Assembly (NCBI GenBank): GCA_002269645.1
Contig: NIVC01001138.1
Span: 120,699 to 184,698 of the forward strand
DNA length: 64,000 bases
Direction of reading: 5' to 3'
Source: Macrostomum lignano
Lineage: Eukaryota
In this document: positions 63,192-64,000 of the stretch, in pieces
Numbering within the stretch: position 1 is the first letter of the stretch
How the letters are laid out: the number at the start of each line of letters is the position of its first letter
The notes under the pieces: generated by a model
What the model was told of the DNA's origin: nothing
What the model saw: only the letters and a program-made list of their open reading frames with translations
Database searches by the model: none
Program-made: the position numbers and the translations under genes

Positions 63192-63289
63192 TTCTAGAAA
63201 CTTCCACAGCAGGACTTGTTTACGCATAGTTCCAGAAGTTTCCTTTCCCGGTCTTTCTAGAACTTTCCTTCCCCGCGAGCATAAATATA
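63192..63289 (+). promoter_or_regulatory. Cluster of three perfect heat-shock elements followed by a TATA-like box
   Basis: TTCtaGAAacTTC 63192-63204, TTCcaGAAgtTTC 63230-63242, TTCtaGAActTTC 63255-63267, then CATAAATATA 63280-63289. Confidence 0.7.
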
Positions 63290-63454
63290 CGAGCCGTCCT
63301 CCTATTGGCCAAGCCTTCTTTTGGTGCCACTGAGCGCCCGATAATTATCTATCTTGTTTCTGCGTTCGTTAATTCAACAACAGAACACAGTCTGCTGGAC
63401 ACGATAATAATAATAATAATTGATTGCACCTACCCTAATTGGGCCAGATGTGCA

Positions 63455-63660
63455 ACCGTTAGACGCAATGCAACCTGTTAGACAGAATGCAACCTGTTAG
63501 ACACAATGAAACCTGTTATACACAATGCAACCTGTTAGACACAATGCAACATATTAGAAACAATGCAACCTGTTAGACACAATGCAACATATTAGAAACA
63601 ATGCAACCTGTTAGACACAATGCAACATATTAGAAACAATGCAACCTGTTAGACACGATG
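63455..63660. repeat. 19-bp minisatellite (AATGCAACCTGTTAGACAC / AATGCAACATATTAGAAAC)
   Basis: About 10 tandem copies with two alternating variants. Confidence 0.92.
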
Positions 63661-64000
63661 CGATAGATTTTTTGGAGCAGTCGTGGCAGTTGGGTACGAT
63701 GGCTGACAACCAGGAAAGGGGACCTTAAGCGGCTCAAGGAAGGAACTGGAGTAGCCTCTTCTTGGTGTCAGGATACAAACTAAGATCCTGCTTGCTTCTG
63801 TAACGGCCTATTATAATGTTAATTGTATAACTACGAGTACATAACTCTTTTAATCATTGTTGCATACCTAATTCTTTGTTCTCAAAACTAGCCTTATCTA
63901 TTAACTCTTGCCTTATCGATTATTATTTGCGCATAAATAGAATCTTAATACTTACGCCTTTTTCTTGCGTATTTTACGAGTAATCTGCTGACACTTTATT

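Overview
Eukaryotic, intron-rich animal DNA with GT-AG introns and many tandem repeats; the style suggests a repeat-rich invertebrate such as a macrostomid flatworm, but that is inference only. Genes I could reconstruct by hand: a multi-exon ABCG half-transporter (minus, 1-14839, runs off the window); an intronless BIR-domain gene; a small spliced orphan gene; a two-exon CNC-bZIP (Nrf/cnc-like) gene; a disrupted intronless M1 aminopeptidase; and three genes joining a PAN/apple-like domain to an ALK/LTK-type glycine-rich domain with no transmembrane or kinase region. Mobile elements with visible target-site duplications (TSDs): a MULE-like element with a nested hAT-like element, a 5'-inverted RTE-type LINE, an apparently intact EnSpm/CACTA element, a P/hAT-type MITE in the aminopeptidase HEXXH codons, a solo LTR, and an RNase H-bearing LINE inside a tRNA-derived SINE. 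Three perfect heat-shock elements lie near the right end. The best candidate for an undescribed system is the kinase-less PAN + glycine-rich family, whose tandem copies show near-identical ends around a divergent middle. Many long ORFs in the supplied track are artefacts of satellite DNA. All exon structures and alignments were read by eye; no database searches were run.
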